In this document: one piece after another, positions 1 to 12,088 of the stretch
Layout: every line of letters starts with the position of its first letter
Numbering within the stretch: position 1 is the stretch's first letter
Source of the DNA: Malacoraja senta
Taxonomy: Eukaryota
Length of the DNA: 64,000 nucleotides
Direction: 5' to 3'
Assembly: GCA_038087875.1 (NCBI GenBank)
Contig: CM075998.1
Location: forward strand, 5,830,001-5,894,000
Translations under genes and position numbers: made by a program
Notes under the pieces: model-generated
The model's database searches: none
The model's input: the letters and a program-made list of their open reading frames with translations, nothing else
Told to the model about the DNA's origin: nothing

Positions 1-240
1 CTCTGTGTGAAAAGTTACCCCTCAGATTCCTATTAAATCTTTTCCCCTTCACCTAAACCTATGTCCTCTGGTCCTCGATTCCCCTACTCTGGGCAAGAGA
101 CTCTGTGCATCTACCCGATCTATTCCTCTCATGATTTTATACACCTCTATAAGATCACCCCTCATCCTCCTGCGCTCCAAGGAATAGAGTCCCAGCCTGC
201 TCAACCTCTCCCTGTAGCTCAGACCCTCAAATCCTGGCAT
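1..240 (-). mobile_element. CR1-clade (HER1-like) LINE fragment, C-terminal part of ORF2
   Basis: ORF 49..243 ([34 protein letters not shown]) is the typical CR1 ORF2 C-terminus. Confidence 0.85.
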
Positions 241-731
241 CATGGAAAAGGGCGGAAACTGTACTTATGGATAACTATATTCTCAAAGTAGATGTTTGTG
301 TTGAGAGAGTTAGTTTAATTAGGTAAGAGAGTGTGAGGAGACTTGACTGGTCTTGTCTATTCTAGACTAGTCTATTTATGGACGTTAGTAGTTAGATTTA
401 TTCAATACTTGCCAATGTGTAAGGTTCTCCTGCCTAAGGGTGTGGTCTGCCCATTAGATAGGAAGGTCTGAATCACAGTCAATATTTGGCTTCCTTTCAC
501 TGCATGTGGCTGAAGTGTTTACTGCTCTGTGATGTTCTGACTCAATCATATTACAATTACCAGCTGAGCTCACTTCCACTTAAGGAATATGAAGGTCATG
601 GAGGGTAGGAAGGAACTGCAGATGCTGGTTTACATCGAAGATAGACACAGAATGCTGGAGTAACTCAGCGGGACAGGCAGCATCTCTGGGGGGAAGGAAT
701 GGGTGACGTTTCGGGTCGAGACACATCTTCT

Positions 732-1003
732 TTTAGGACTGAGATGAGAAAAACATTTTTTACACAGAGAGTGGTGAATCTCTGGAATTCTCTGCCACAG
801 AATGTAGTTGAGGCCAGTTCATTGGCTATATTTAAGAGGGAGTTAGATGTGGCCCTTGTGGCTAAAGGGATCAGGGGGTATGGAGAGAAAGCAGGTACAG
901 GATACTGAGTTGGATGATCAGCCATGATCATATTGAATGGCGGTGCAGGCTCGAAGGGCCGAATGGCCTACTCCAACACCTATTTTCTATGTTTCTATGT
1001 TTC
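732..1003 (+). mobile_element. CR1 LINE 3' end inserted into an inverted Penelope pLTR pair (about 605-1075)
   Basis: [14 protein letters not shown] motif, 3' UTR and (CTATGTTT)n tail; pLTR sequence on both sides. Confidence 0.8.
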
Positions 1004-1399
1004 AGAATGCTGAAGAATTCCTTCTCTCATGAGATGCTCTCTGTCCCGCTGAGTTACTCCAGCTTTTTGTGTCTATGAAAGTCATGGACGCAGTTTTTGC
1101 AATTTTGTGGGCTTTGAATGCTGCCTGGTTTGCAAAGTGCTGTGTTCACTTCTGGCTGCTTCACGGAGGATTCAGGAAGGAAATACCTGCCCTTGGAGGA
1201 ACGGCAGAGGAAATCCACCAGATTGACAAAAGCTTGATTTACGAGAGCAGATTGCATAGACAAAACGTGTGTTTCCTTGAAATGGCAAGCTTAAAATGAT
1301 TCGAGGTGCTGATGGGACGGGTAGAGGGTCATTACTATTGCCTTTGGGGGGTGGGTTCGCCCAGAGCCAAAGGGCACAATCTTATCATTTGAGCCGAGA

Positions 1400-1866
1400 G
1401 GCTGTTGTCAAGCTGGGAAGGGTGCAGAGAAGATTTACGAGGATGCTGCCAGGACTCGAGGGCCTGAGCTACAGGGAAGATGTTGAGTAGGCTGGGACTC
1501 TATTCCTTGGAGCGCAGGAGGATGAGGGGTGATCTTACAGAGGTGTATAAAATCATGAGAGGAATAGATCGGGTAGATGCACAGTCTCTTGCCCAGTGTA
1601 GGGGAATCGAGGACCAGAGGACATAGGTTTAGGTGAGTGGGGGAAAGATTTAATAGGAATCTGATGGGTAATGGTGAGAATATAGAGGTGGGGTCGGAAT
1701 ATGGAACGAGCTGTCGGAGGAGGTAGTTGAGGCAGGTACTATCGCAACGTTTAAGATACATTTAGATTGGTATATGGATAGGCCAGGATATGGGCCAAAC
1801 GTGGGCAGTGTGGGCAAGCCGTGCCAAAGGGCCTGTTTCCGTGCTGTGTGACTCTGTGACTCTATG
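1400..1866 (+). mobile_element. CR1 LINE 3' fragment
   Basis: [19 protein letters not shown]... and 3' UTR ending ctgtgactctatga. Confidence 0.8.
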
Positions 1867-2042
1867 AGGCATTCGGGAAACACATCAACACACAGTGGGA
1901 ACTAGAGTTCCACCGCTCCCACGGCAAAACGTTAAGGCTCGGGAGTCTGTTGATAAAACAGGCTCAAGCTGAATGGCCTACTGTTCTTACGTCCATTGCC
2001 TGTGATTTCTATGGAACTGAGCCACACGTCCAGGCAACATAT

Positions 2043-2190
2043 GCTGAGTTACTCCAGCACTCTGTGAAACGTCACCTTTCCATGTTCTCCACAGATGCTG
2101 CCTGACCCGCTGAGTTACTCCAGCACTCTGTGAAACGTCACCTATCCATGTTCTCCACAGATGTTGCCTGAGGTACTCCAGCACTCTGTG
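2043..2190 (+). repeat. 66-bp Penelope-pLTR-derived tandem repeat (about 2 units)
   Basis: Unit GAAACGTCACCTATCCATGTTCTCCACAGATGCTGCCTGACCCGCTGAGTTACTCCAGCACTCTGT repeated. Confidence 0.85.
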
Positions 2191-2195
2191 TCATT

Positions 2196-2488
2196 TTAGT
2201 TTAGAGATACACCGCAGAAACAGGCCCTTCGGCCCACCGAGTCCATGCTGACCAGTGATCCCTGCACACTAACACTATCCTACACGAACGAGGGACAATT
2301 TATAATTTTACCGAAGCCAATTAACTTACAAACCTGCACGTCTTTGGAATGTGGGAAGAAACTGGAGATTCTGGAGAAAGTCCTCGCGGTCACGGGTAGA
2401 ACGTACAATCTCCACACAGAACAGAGAGCAACCATAGTCAGGATTGAACCGGGGACTCTGGCGCTGTGAGGCTGCAACTCTACCACTG
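2196..2488 (-). mobile_element. HE1-like tRNA-derived V-SINE
   Basis: Reverse complement shows A/B-box-like head, V-domain (GTTCTcCCCGTGACC...TTTCcTCCCACA..CCAAAGAC) and CR1-like tail ending (TAAAC)n. Confidence 0.8.
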
Positions 2489-4349
2489 CCTGAGATTCTA
2501 GATCCAGTTGCTATGGCTCGACCCGAATTGTCACCCATTCCTTCTCTCCAGAAATGCCGCCTGTCCCGCTGAGTTACTCCAGCTTTTTGTGCCTATCTTC
2601 ACTTTACATCTGTTCTTTTAAGAAGGCGACAGATGTCAGAAGAGGAAGAAATAGGTTGCAATAGAATGCAGGTCCACACCTTGAAGTACTGTATTGCTAC
2701 AAGGGTGACTCCTTTACAGAGGAAATTTCTCCAACAGGAAAACACAGAGGAAGTCTGCACAGCAATGAAACTGATTGCAGTGGAGTAGAAACAGACCATA
2801 CTTGAGGAAGTGGCTGGAAACAGTATGCTTTAATATAAAAATACAAAGAAGTGGCAAGTCATTAGAGATGCATATCGATATGTTCTATCATGGTTAAAAT
2901 ATGTTCTGCAGGATATTCATCCACTTCCCTTGAGAGAAGGTACAGTTGGTCATAGTCATAGAGTGATACATCATGGAAACAGGCCCTTCGGCCCAACTTG
3001 CCCACACCGACCAACAATGTCCCAGCTACACTAATCCCACTTGCCCGCGTTTGGTCCATATCCCTCCAAACCTGTCCTATCCATGTACCTGTCTAAATGA
3101 TTCTTCAACATTGTGATTGGTCTAAAGGTGTTCTAGTTAAAGCACTGAAGGTACAAGGGCAAATATATTGAATCATGTATCATAATAGCCACTGATTAGA
3201 ACTGCCAGTGGTTGTAGCTGGCAGCACAGAATGACTAACATTACCAGGCAGGCACTGGCTTTGAAAACTAAAGTCAGATATGGATTACAGAAGTATGAAA
3301 CTATCTTTAAGAATGTTTATTCTGGCATTACATAAGGTCATAACTAATAGGAGTAGAATTAGGCCATTCAGCCCATCAAGTCTACTCTGCCATTCAATCA
3401 TGGCTGATCTTTCTCCCCCCTAACCCCAATGTCCTGCCTTCTCCCCATAACCTCTGACACCCGTACTGATCAAGAATCTATCTATCTCTGCCTTAAAAAT
3501 ACCCACTGACTTGGCCTCCACAGCCGTCTGTGGCAATGAATCCCACAGATTCACCAGATTGCTGGTCAGACACCACACTCACACATCACAACTGATGCCA
3601 CCCCAACACATTGTAATCTTCAACAAGTCACGTGGAAAGACTCGACCATCTAGAGAGGACCACGCAGTCCTGGTGTCAAAATAAACTTTATTCAGGATAA
3701 TAAATATGGACAAAACAAGGACTGTTTCAAATGGCTCCAACATTCTCCAAGGCTATACCTACATTTGTTATCGTTGTATTTGGGAGTGTCCCCAAAAACC
3801 CTAATTATACCCGACACCTTTGCCACTCATGTGGCCCCCTGGGGTGATATCCCTTCCCTCGTTTGAGTCCTAGTGAAAGCAAGTTAATGAATGGGCAGTC
3901 CCAGTTAGGGCAGGACACAAACTGACAATGCGGTGAGTATAAAATGATCCTCAACCATCCAGCCTCCCCACCCTAGTTCTCCGACTAGTTTCACTGTCCT
4001 CCTGATTAATTTGACTGATATTTGACTGTTTGTGTGCCTCGTTGTCACCTTCCCCTCAGCTAACAATGTTCCATTCTACATTTCCTTGTACAATGTCTAC
4101 TTTGATATGTCGTTTTCACACCTTGCCCTTCCATATCTCAGTCTGAAGAAAGGTCTCGACCCAAAGTGTCACCCATTCCGTTTTGGTACAGTTACTATCA
4201 GAACAGTCCTGCACTCTATCACAGATCAGAAACCTCTATTTTCCATTCTAGGTCCATAATCGGCCTTTCCAATCCTAATGCTTTCCCATGCGGAGATGAA
4301 TGATTCTGTCATCCCAATGTGACTCCATCAGTTGGGTGTCATTCTAAAC

Positions 4350-4685
4350 CTCTGGATGTGGAGAGGATGTTTCCACTAGTCGAAGAGTCTAGGACTAGAG
4401 GTCATAGGTCAATGGACGTTCCTTTAAGAAGGAGATGAGGAGTTTCTTCAGCCAGTGGGTGGTGAATCTGTGGAATTATTTGCCACAGAAGGCTGTGGAG
4501 GCCAAGTCAATGGATATATTTAAGGTAGAGATAGATAGATTCTTGATTAGTACGGGTCAGAGGTTATGGGAAAAGGGTGGGAGAATGGGGTTAGGAGGGA
4601 GAGATAGATCTGCCATGATTGAATGGTGGAGGAGACTCGATGGGCCGAAAGGCCTAATTCTGCTCCGATCACAATTACTTATGAT
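4350..4685 (+). mobile_element. CR1 LINE 3' fragment
   Basis: FFSQWVVNLWNYLPQKAVEA.. plus 3' UTR. Confidence 0.75.
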
Positions 4686-5665
4686 GCAGTGGCAGAATCT
4701 ATCCAGGCTTCCACACATCGACAAAGGCACTGAGAACAGTCTTTACTCTGCAACTAGTGGATGAAGATTTTCCAATCACAGTTGTGAAAACCTCAGAGAT
4801 AGCACAGAAGGATAAGTTTCTGAACCAAGTCTCAAAGGGAGGATTGATTCAGATCAGTGTCCAAATTTGCACATACTACTAATTCACAACACCTGTGGGC
4901 AGCATGGTGGCGCAGCGGTACAGTGGCTGCCTCACAGCGCCGGGGAACTGGGTTCCATCCTGACCTCAGGTTCTCTCTGTATGGAGTTTGTACATTCTCA
5001 CCGTGACCGTCTGGTTATCTCCCGCACTCCAAAGACGTACAGGCTTGTAGGTTGCGCAGGGAGGAACTGCAGACGCTGGTTTAAACCGCAGACACAAAAA
5101 GCTGGAATAAGTCAGCAGGTCAGGTAACATCTCTAGAGAAAAGGAATAGGTGATGTTTTGGGTCTCGACCTGAAGCGTCACCTATTCCTTTTCTCCAGAC
5201 ATGCTGCCTGTCTCTTTGGTTTGAAAGCTAATTGGCTTCAGTGTAATTGTGTGTAGGATAGTACTAGTGTACGAGGTGCTCCATAGCTCAGGCCCTTGAG
5301 TCCTGGCAACATCCTCGTAAATCTTCTCTGCACCCTTTGCAGCTTGACAACGTCTTTCCTCTAACATGGTGCCCAAAACTGAACACAATATCCTAAATGT
5401 GGCCTCACCAGTGTCTTATCCAACTGCAACATGACCTCCCAACTTCGATATTCCAAGTAATCTCAAAGTGCTTCAAGGCAAATGAATTTGATTTAAGGTT
5501 TAGCGACTCTCATTGGTCAAATGCTGCTTTACATTAAGATGATGTTAATATTGTGTTACTAGTTGAGAAAGCATTGATGGCTTGACATAAAGGGCAGGTG
5601 TTGTTATAATTTGCTTCTCTACGAATGTGACATTTCGAATCCACTAGAAAATGGAGATACCGTAA

Positions 5666-6137
5666 AGGGCCTGTCCCACGAGCATGCGACTGCATGCGGC
5701 AAGCGCGACCTAACGTGGTCGCTTGAGCCGTACGGCCTCGCGGGGCTGGTCCCACTTCGATCGCCGGAGCCGTATGGAGTTGTGTGGAGCTGGTCCCGAC
5801 ATTGCGCGGGGCTCCGAAAAACTGACAGTTCAAATATTCCGCGCGGCAATGGCCTGCCGGCCCGCAGCCGCCTCGACGCCGTACGCACCGCCTCGACGGG
5901 CGTGCGCAGCATCTCGACGCCGTACGCAGCGTCTTGACGCCGTATGTCACGCGCGAACTTCACGTCACTCACTCGACCTCCGCGCGGCCGCCACTTCCGG
6001 TTTGGTCGCGCTCGCCGCATGCAGTCGCATGCTGTTGGGACCGGCCCTGTACGGGGCTCACTCGGCCTCCGCGCGGCACCCGCTTCCGGTTTGGTCGCGC
6101 TTGCCGCATGCAATCGCATGCTCGTGAGACAGGCCCT
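5666..6137. mobile_element. Non-autonomous DNA transposon (MITE), PIF/Harbinger-like
   Basis: About 45-bp TIRs (AGGGCCTGTCCCACGAGCATGCGACTGCATGCGGCAAGCGCGACC; 2 mismatches to the right end), TAA duplicated at 5663-5665 and 6138-6140; CpG-rich interior with internal repeats. Confidence 0.85.
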
Positions 6138-6149
6138 TAAGTTGCTGAC

Positions 6150-6590
6150 AAAGAATGGGTCGACTGGGCTTGTATTCACTGGAATTTAGAAGGATGAGAG
6201 GGTATCTTATAGAAACATAAAATTCTTAAAGGATTGCACTGGCTAGATGCAGGTAAAATGTTCCCCATGTTGGGGGAGTCCAGGACCAGGGGTCACAGTT
6301 TAAGAATAAGGGGTAGGCCATTTAGGACTGAGATGAGGAAAAACGTTTTCACCCATACAGTTGTGAATCTGTGGAATTCTCTGCCACAGAAGGCAGTGGA
6401 GGCCAATTCACTGGATGTTTTCAAGAGAGAGTTAGATTTAACTCTTAGGGCTAACGGAATCAAAGGATATGGGGAGAAATCAGGAACGGGGATCTGATTT
6501 TGGATGATCAGCCATGGTCATATTGAATGGTGGTGCTGGCTCGAAGGGCTGAATGGCCTACTCCTGCACTTATTTTCTATGTTTCTATGT
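6150..6590 (+). mobile_element. CR1 LINE 3' fragment
   Basis: ORF 6234..6497 ([34 protein letters not shown]) and (CTATGTTT)n tail. Confidence 0.85.
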
Positions 6591-6697
6591 TGAACTGTTT
6601 TCACCATATAACCCCCTCCTCTCCAGAAATTAATGTTCCAACTCAACTTTGCAAATCATTGCCTTGAATAAAAAGGTCAATTTTTACATGACCTATG

Positions 6698-6962
6698 TGG
6701 CACGGTGGCGCAGCGGTAGAGTTGCTGCCTCACAGCGCCAGAGACCCATGTTCGATCCTGACTACGGATCCTGTCTGTACGCAGTTTGTACGGTCTCCAC
6801 GTGGGTTTTCTCTGGGTGCTCCGGTTTCCTCCCACACTCCAAAGTGTGGTCTGTAGGCTAATTGGCTTTGGTAAAATTGTAAATTGTCCCTAGTGTATAG
6901 GATAGTGTTAGTGTGTGGGGATCGCTGGTCGTTTCCTTGCTGTATCTCTAAAATAAAATAAA
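6698..6962 (+). mobile_element. HE1-like V-SINE
   Basis: GGCACGGTGGCGCAGCGGTAGAGTTGCTGCCTCACAGCGCCAGAGACCC..GTTCGATCC head plus V-domain. Confidence 0.8.
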
Positions 6963-7714
6963 CTTTTTCTGTCCTACACAGACTCAATCAAAGTTCATGC
7001 TGTAAGTTTGGTCTGAAGCAAAGCAGTTTTTCTTTGCTCTTTCCAGAAAAGGCATTACAGCCTTTCCCCAAAAACAATGTTCAACACCAGGCATTGTTGC
7101 AATATATGGTCAGAGCATGACTGGTCGTATGGTACAACCCTTCAAAGGATATGCATCTAGTATTAGCGGTCGCATGTCTCAAGATCAGTCTTAAAATAAA
7201 GCAAAATGGAGTGTTATGCTGATAGGATTAGTGAATGGGAAAGTGTGGAGGCTTGTGTGGATCCTGGAAGCTAGCATGGACAATAGGCACAAAATGCTGG
7301 AGTAACTAAGCTGGTCAGGCAGCATCACTGGAGAGAAGGAATAGGTTGCGTTTCAGGTCGAGACCCTCCTTCAGACTACAGCTTGCATGGACCTGTCGGG
7401 CTGAGTGGCCTATTTCAGCACTGTACGTTTCTTGTAATTACATAGAATTTTAATTCTGTCACTTTTCATCTCATTTCAAATTAGCATTCAAATGACCCTG
7501 TGACCATGTGGGTTTCCTCCGGGAGCTCCGGTTTCCACCCACATCCCAAAGACGTGCAGGTTTGTAGGTTAATTGGCCCTCTGAATAAATTGCCCCCTCG
7601 TGTGTAGGGAGTGGATGAGAAAGTGGGATGACATAGAACTAGTGTGAACGGGTGATCGATGGTCAGCGTGGACGCGATGGGCCGAAGGGCCTGTTTCCCT
7701 GCTGTATCTCTAAA

Positions 7715-8025
7715 ACAACGGAACTGCAGGAGAGTAACTCTCGCTTCAATACTGGTGATGTTGGCCTTGGAGAGAACATTGCCATTGTTTTGGTGGAGTT
7801 AGTGCAGACAGCACTGACGGTATTTTTCCATTGCCGTGAAATGGTTGCTGCAGGTGATCGTGTTTTTAGCAGCATATAAGAGGGCAGGGAATACTCCTAC
7901 AAGTAGACTATGAGTTTTGTGTCGAGTCTGAGGACTTGATCTTCCAGTATCTTTTCCAGATGCTGTCCTGATGTATCGAAGGCAATGGTTAATTTCATCA
8001 TCGATGTCAGCTTTCACCGAGAGGT
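7715..8025 (-). mobile_element. Degraded RTE-clade LINE fragment (post-RT region)
   Basis: Minus frame KADIDDEINHCL...PALLYAAK..TCSNHFTAMEKYRQCCLH resembles RTE 'IDDEI.HR..A...P.LLY..ETW......LE.YHQRCLR'. Confidence 0.6.
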
Positions 8026-8037
8026 GGCTGCCAAGCC

Positions 8038-9372
8038 TGGCACCGTAGCACAGCGGTAGAGTTGCTGCCTCACAGTGCCAGTGACCCCGGTTTTACCCTG
8101 ACTACGGGTGCTGTCTGTACGGATTTGTACGTTCTCCACGTGACCTGCGTGGGTTTGCTTCGGGTGCTCCGGTTTCCACCCACACTCCAAAGTAGCAATG
8201 TTACAAAATTTTGAGATTTTAAAAATAAAGTCTGCAATTTATCCCATTAGATAAAGCATAAAAAGAAGTTTAATTTGACACTTAATTCACTTTCATATCT
8301 TCAGTATTAAAAAAGTTATGGCCATTATCATACTCAGAAATTAGCATCTAGTTCCCTATTGCTTTTCCATTGACTTAACACAAAAGCTGTGATCGAGGAC
8401 AGTTAAAAGCCCATAACTTTCTTAAAAATTATGATAACTGAAAGAAATTTTCAGTTATTATAGATTGAAGCATTCTGAAACAAATATGAAACAATCTTAC
8501 TTCGAAGACATGAAAGTGAAGCATATAATTAGTTAGTTACCTAATTGTAGCTAATTACAAAATTCAATTACTAGATCTAAACATCTATCAATTTCTTAAG
8601 AATAGATTAACATTTTTAAATAGCCTAAGTGTCCAAATAACATTCACACAATAATTCACAATATAACATAATTTTTAAATCTAATTTTCATGAATTTACA
8701 GGCCAAATGAAAGGAATTGAATGTTTAATACCTGTAAATTAATGGGCATTTAATTCATCTTGCGAGTGAGGATTTCTGGAACGCAATCTTTTGGAACGTT
8801 CATTTGCGGTGAATTTAACCCCGTATTGGCATGAAAAATACTGCCGTTAATTCGGGGAATAAAATCACCGTGTCGCATGAAAAAATGTGAATTAAAGGCT
8901 TCTTAAGAAGCACTTTTATACATTTAAAGAAACCACTTTCGTTTACCTGTCCCGTGTGTGAAATCCGTCCCCGTTATCGGCGTTGACGCTTCAGGAGCTG
9001 CTTTTAAAATTACTCTAGCGCTGACATTGACGATTTAATAAAAATAAAAAATTCACAAAACGCCAGTAGGAACGATTTGTCAGCCAAGGCTTGTACTCCA
9101 ACAAAATATTAACCAGGACAAGGGAGGAGAAACCCGCGTTTTAACCATGCCCCCCCTTAAAGGCGCCAAAATCGCGCACACGGCCAGTGGCAGAATTACA
9201 GCGCGACTGAAGGTAAGTTTTGTAACATACCTATCCAAAGGCATGCAGGTTTGTAGGTTAATTGGTTAATTAGCGTGTAGGATAGTGCTAGAGTACGGGG
9301 TGATCATTGGTCGGTATGGACTCGGTGGGCCGAAGGGCCTGTTTCTTCACTGCATCTCTGAAAGTCTAAAGC
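8038..9372 (+). mobile_element. HE1-like V-SINE split by a 1041-bp DNA transposon
   Basis: SINE 5' half 8038-8192 continues collinearly at 9234-9372. Confidence 0.8.
8193..9233. mobile_element. Non-autonomous DNA transposon with 16-bp TIRs and 7-bp TSD (hAT-like TAG...CTA ends)
   Basis: Left TAGCAATGTTACAAAA; right reverse complement TAGGTATGTTACAAAA; TCCAAAG duplicated at 8186-8192 and 9234-9240; AT-rich interior with no ORF >=60 aa. Confidence 0.85.
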
Positions 9373-9667
9373 ACTAGTTCTACCTGCACATGTCCTCTGG
9401 AATCTGGTGACTGACCTACGGACAGAACAACAGATCCTAATCTGAGTGGATTGCAGTGAGTAGTGCAGGTCCAAGTTAGGAAATGCTGAGATTTAACTTT
9501 TAATATTTAACCTTGATGTGACATTAACCCGACTGCTGTTCTGCTGATAATGAGTTCATGACGTTCCCATATGTACTCCCTGGTTATTCTCCCCTGAAGC
9601 ATCTAGGGTATCGTTCAGGGCATTAAAGCTGCTGTATCAATATCATAGTTGTGACTCCCATTCACAG

Positions 9668-9970
9668 CTTAGTTTAGTCTTAGTTCAGAGATACAGCGCG
9701 GAAACAGGCCCTTCGGCCCACCGAGTCCACGCCGACCAGCGATCCCCACACACTAACACTATCCTACACACACTAGGGGCAATTTACATTTATACCAAGC
9801 CAATTAGCCTTAAAACCTGCACGTCTTTGGAGTGTGGGAGGAAAGCGGAGCACCCGGAGCAAACCCACGCGGTCACGGGGAGAACGTACAGACTCCGTTC
9901 AGACAGCACCCGTAGTCAGGATCGAACCCGGATCTCTGATGCTGTGAGGCAGCAACTCTATCGCTGCGCT
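9668..9970 (-). mobile_element. HE1-like V-SINE
   Basis: Near full-length reverse copy of the SINE consensus. Confidence 0.8.
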
Positions 9971-10715
9971 GTCCAAGATTGGACCCATGTTTGGACCCCA
10001 TTCCTGATGTTCTCTCCCCAGGCTCAGCCTGCCATTGTGACTCAACCCCTTGTTGATCACGTGGTGGAATTGCCTGATAACTTGACAGCACGTATCAAGC
10101 CTGAGAACCTTGGTGCTTCCCTGCACTCTGTCATCATCTATTTTTACCAAATAAAAATGCCATAACATTGAGGACTGGTGGATGCAGGCATTGTTCTCAG
10201 GGACAGGTGCTGTTGTGAGCATTTAAACTGTCTACTGTTCTTTGCCCTTTCTATATCCGCTACTTCTCTATTAAAACTCTGCTTTGCTCATTACTCACCA
10301 GGAGGTACCCTTGCACTTATTCCTTCCCAATATGTATTTTGTATTGATCTATTTTTGGGCCAGTCTGCCTCCATAGAGTCATTGGTAAGTATCCTTAGGT
10401 TAAAGCCCTTGAACCATACTTATACGGTGGCCCCTTGTCTGGGCCAGCTGTGGTGCTTTTCCTGTCCTGCATCGACGCTATTTCCACCACAGGATCCTAG
10501 CAATGCATCTTCATCACAGCCGCACATTGCTGCTTCTCCTCAGTGACGTGTGATTTACTCAGGGCTTTTACTGGATGAAGAGGCATCATCTCCTCCTCCT
10601 GGTGACATGACCGGCTCCCTGGCGCACTGACGAAATCCAAATCATCTCTTGCCACATTCTGTCGACACAAACTCCTGTGTCTCAGATCTGCTATCGCACA
10701 TTGGTCGTGGAGTGC

Positions 10716-11025
10716 GCCACGGTGGCGCAGCGTGTACAGCGCCAGAAACCCGGGTTTGATCCTGACTTTGGGTGCTGCCTGTGTGGAGTTTGCACGTTCT
10801 CCCTGTGACCGTTTGGGTTGCTCCGGTTTCCTCCCACATGACAAAGACGTGTGGGTTTGTAGGCTAATTGGCCCTCTGTGAAATTGCCCCCCTAGTGTGT
10901 AGGGAGTGGATGAGAAAGTGGGATAACATAGAACTAGTGCGGACAGGTGATCGATGGTCAGCGTGGACTCGGTGGGACGAAGGGCCTGTTTCCATCCTGT
11001 ATCTCTAAACTAAACTAAACTAAAT
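10716..11025 (+). mobile_element. HE1-like V-SINE
   Basis: SINE head, V-domain, (TAAAC)n tail. Confidence 0.8.
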
Positions 11026-11497
11026 TGGGCCTAAGTTCATCTACAATGCAGTTAAGGCTGCTCACCATCTCCTCCTCAGGGGTAAATAGGGATGTACAAT
11101 AAATGCTGGGCTTGCCAGTAACACCTGAAGGTGAGCTAAAGACAGTCTCTAATCCAACAGAAATCTATCAATCACATTTGGCCCAAACCCACTCAACCTT
11201 CCTTCACTAGCCTTCCAGCGGTTTGCGTGGAAAAGAGTTCCACATCACTGGTGAACACTCTAGCTCTCTGGCATTGGGCTACCCCACCAAAGGAAGTAGT
11301 ATCTGTCTGTTGCCCACTGCATTTACTTGAGTGAACGTGGAAAGCGAAGACTTTGTGTGCTGCTGATTTATTAGAAGCATAAGTTTGACTCCAGGGGTCT
11401 GTACCAATCCATCATTTCTGGGAATAGGATTAAGCAACGCTCAATTCTGCGAGCTTATAGATGGAGTGAGCATTTAGCTCAGTGGTACCGTTTTTAG

Positions 11498-11803
11498 CGC
11501 GGCACGGTGGCACAGCGGTAAAGTTGCTGCCCCACAGCGCCAGAGACCCGGGTTCCATCCTGATTACGGGTGCTGTCTGTACAGAATTTGTACTTTCTCC
11601 CCGTGACCTGCGTGGGTTTTCTCCGGGTGCTCCGGTTTCCTCCTACACTCCAAAGACATACAGGTTTGTAGGTGAAGTGACTTCTGTAAATTGTCCCTAG
11701 TGTGTAGGGTAGACCTAGTGTATGGGTGATTGCTGGTCGGCGTGGACTCAGTGGGCCGTAGGGTCTGTTTCCGTGCTGTATCTCTAAACTAAACTAAACT
11801 AAG
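11498..11803 (+). mobile_element. HE1-like V-SINE
   Basis: Full-length copy with tRNA-like head and (TAAAC)n tail. Confidence 0.85.
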
Positions 11804-12088
11804 TCTGACTCGGGTGCAGGCTTTGGACGCCACTACGGACAGTCTCAGTGAATAAAGACTGGAGCTCTGGCCCAGACACCCAGAGGAATCCCAGCATTGA
11901 GCAGCGTGTAGGAGTCAAGAAGATTTGTAGTTTGCATAAGACACGTCACTACAGCTCCCTCCCTCTTGAAATTGGCTGTTATTAAGTTAGTTATGGTCTT
12001 ATAAATATGGAAGGCGTGTATGTGTTGTGGCCTGTTGGATTGTTGATGAGCATCCAACCCTTCACGTCTTCTCCAAGAGTACAAGGAT

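Noticed and set aside
5619..6189. Overlapping Arg/Ala-rich ORFs or a CpG-island promoter
   Set aside because: Fully explained by the TIR/TSD-bounded GC-rich MITE.
6982..7001. 20-nt candidate micro-exon (ctacacag|...|gtaagt)
   Set aside because: Not frame-preserving and no protein similarity; such sites arise by chance.
11498..11575. tRNA gene
   Set aside because: The tRNA-like A/B boxes are the head of the V-SINE and continue straight into SINE body sequence.
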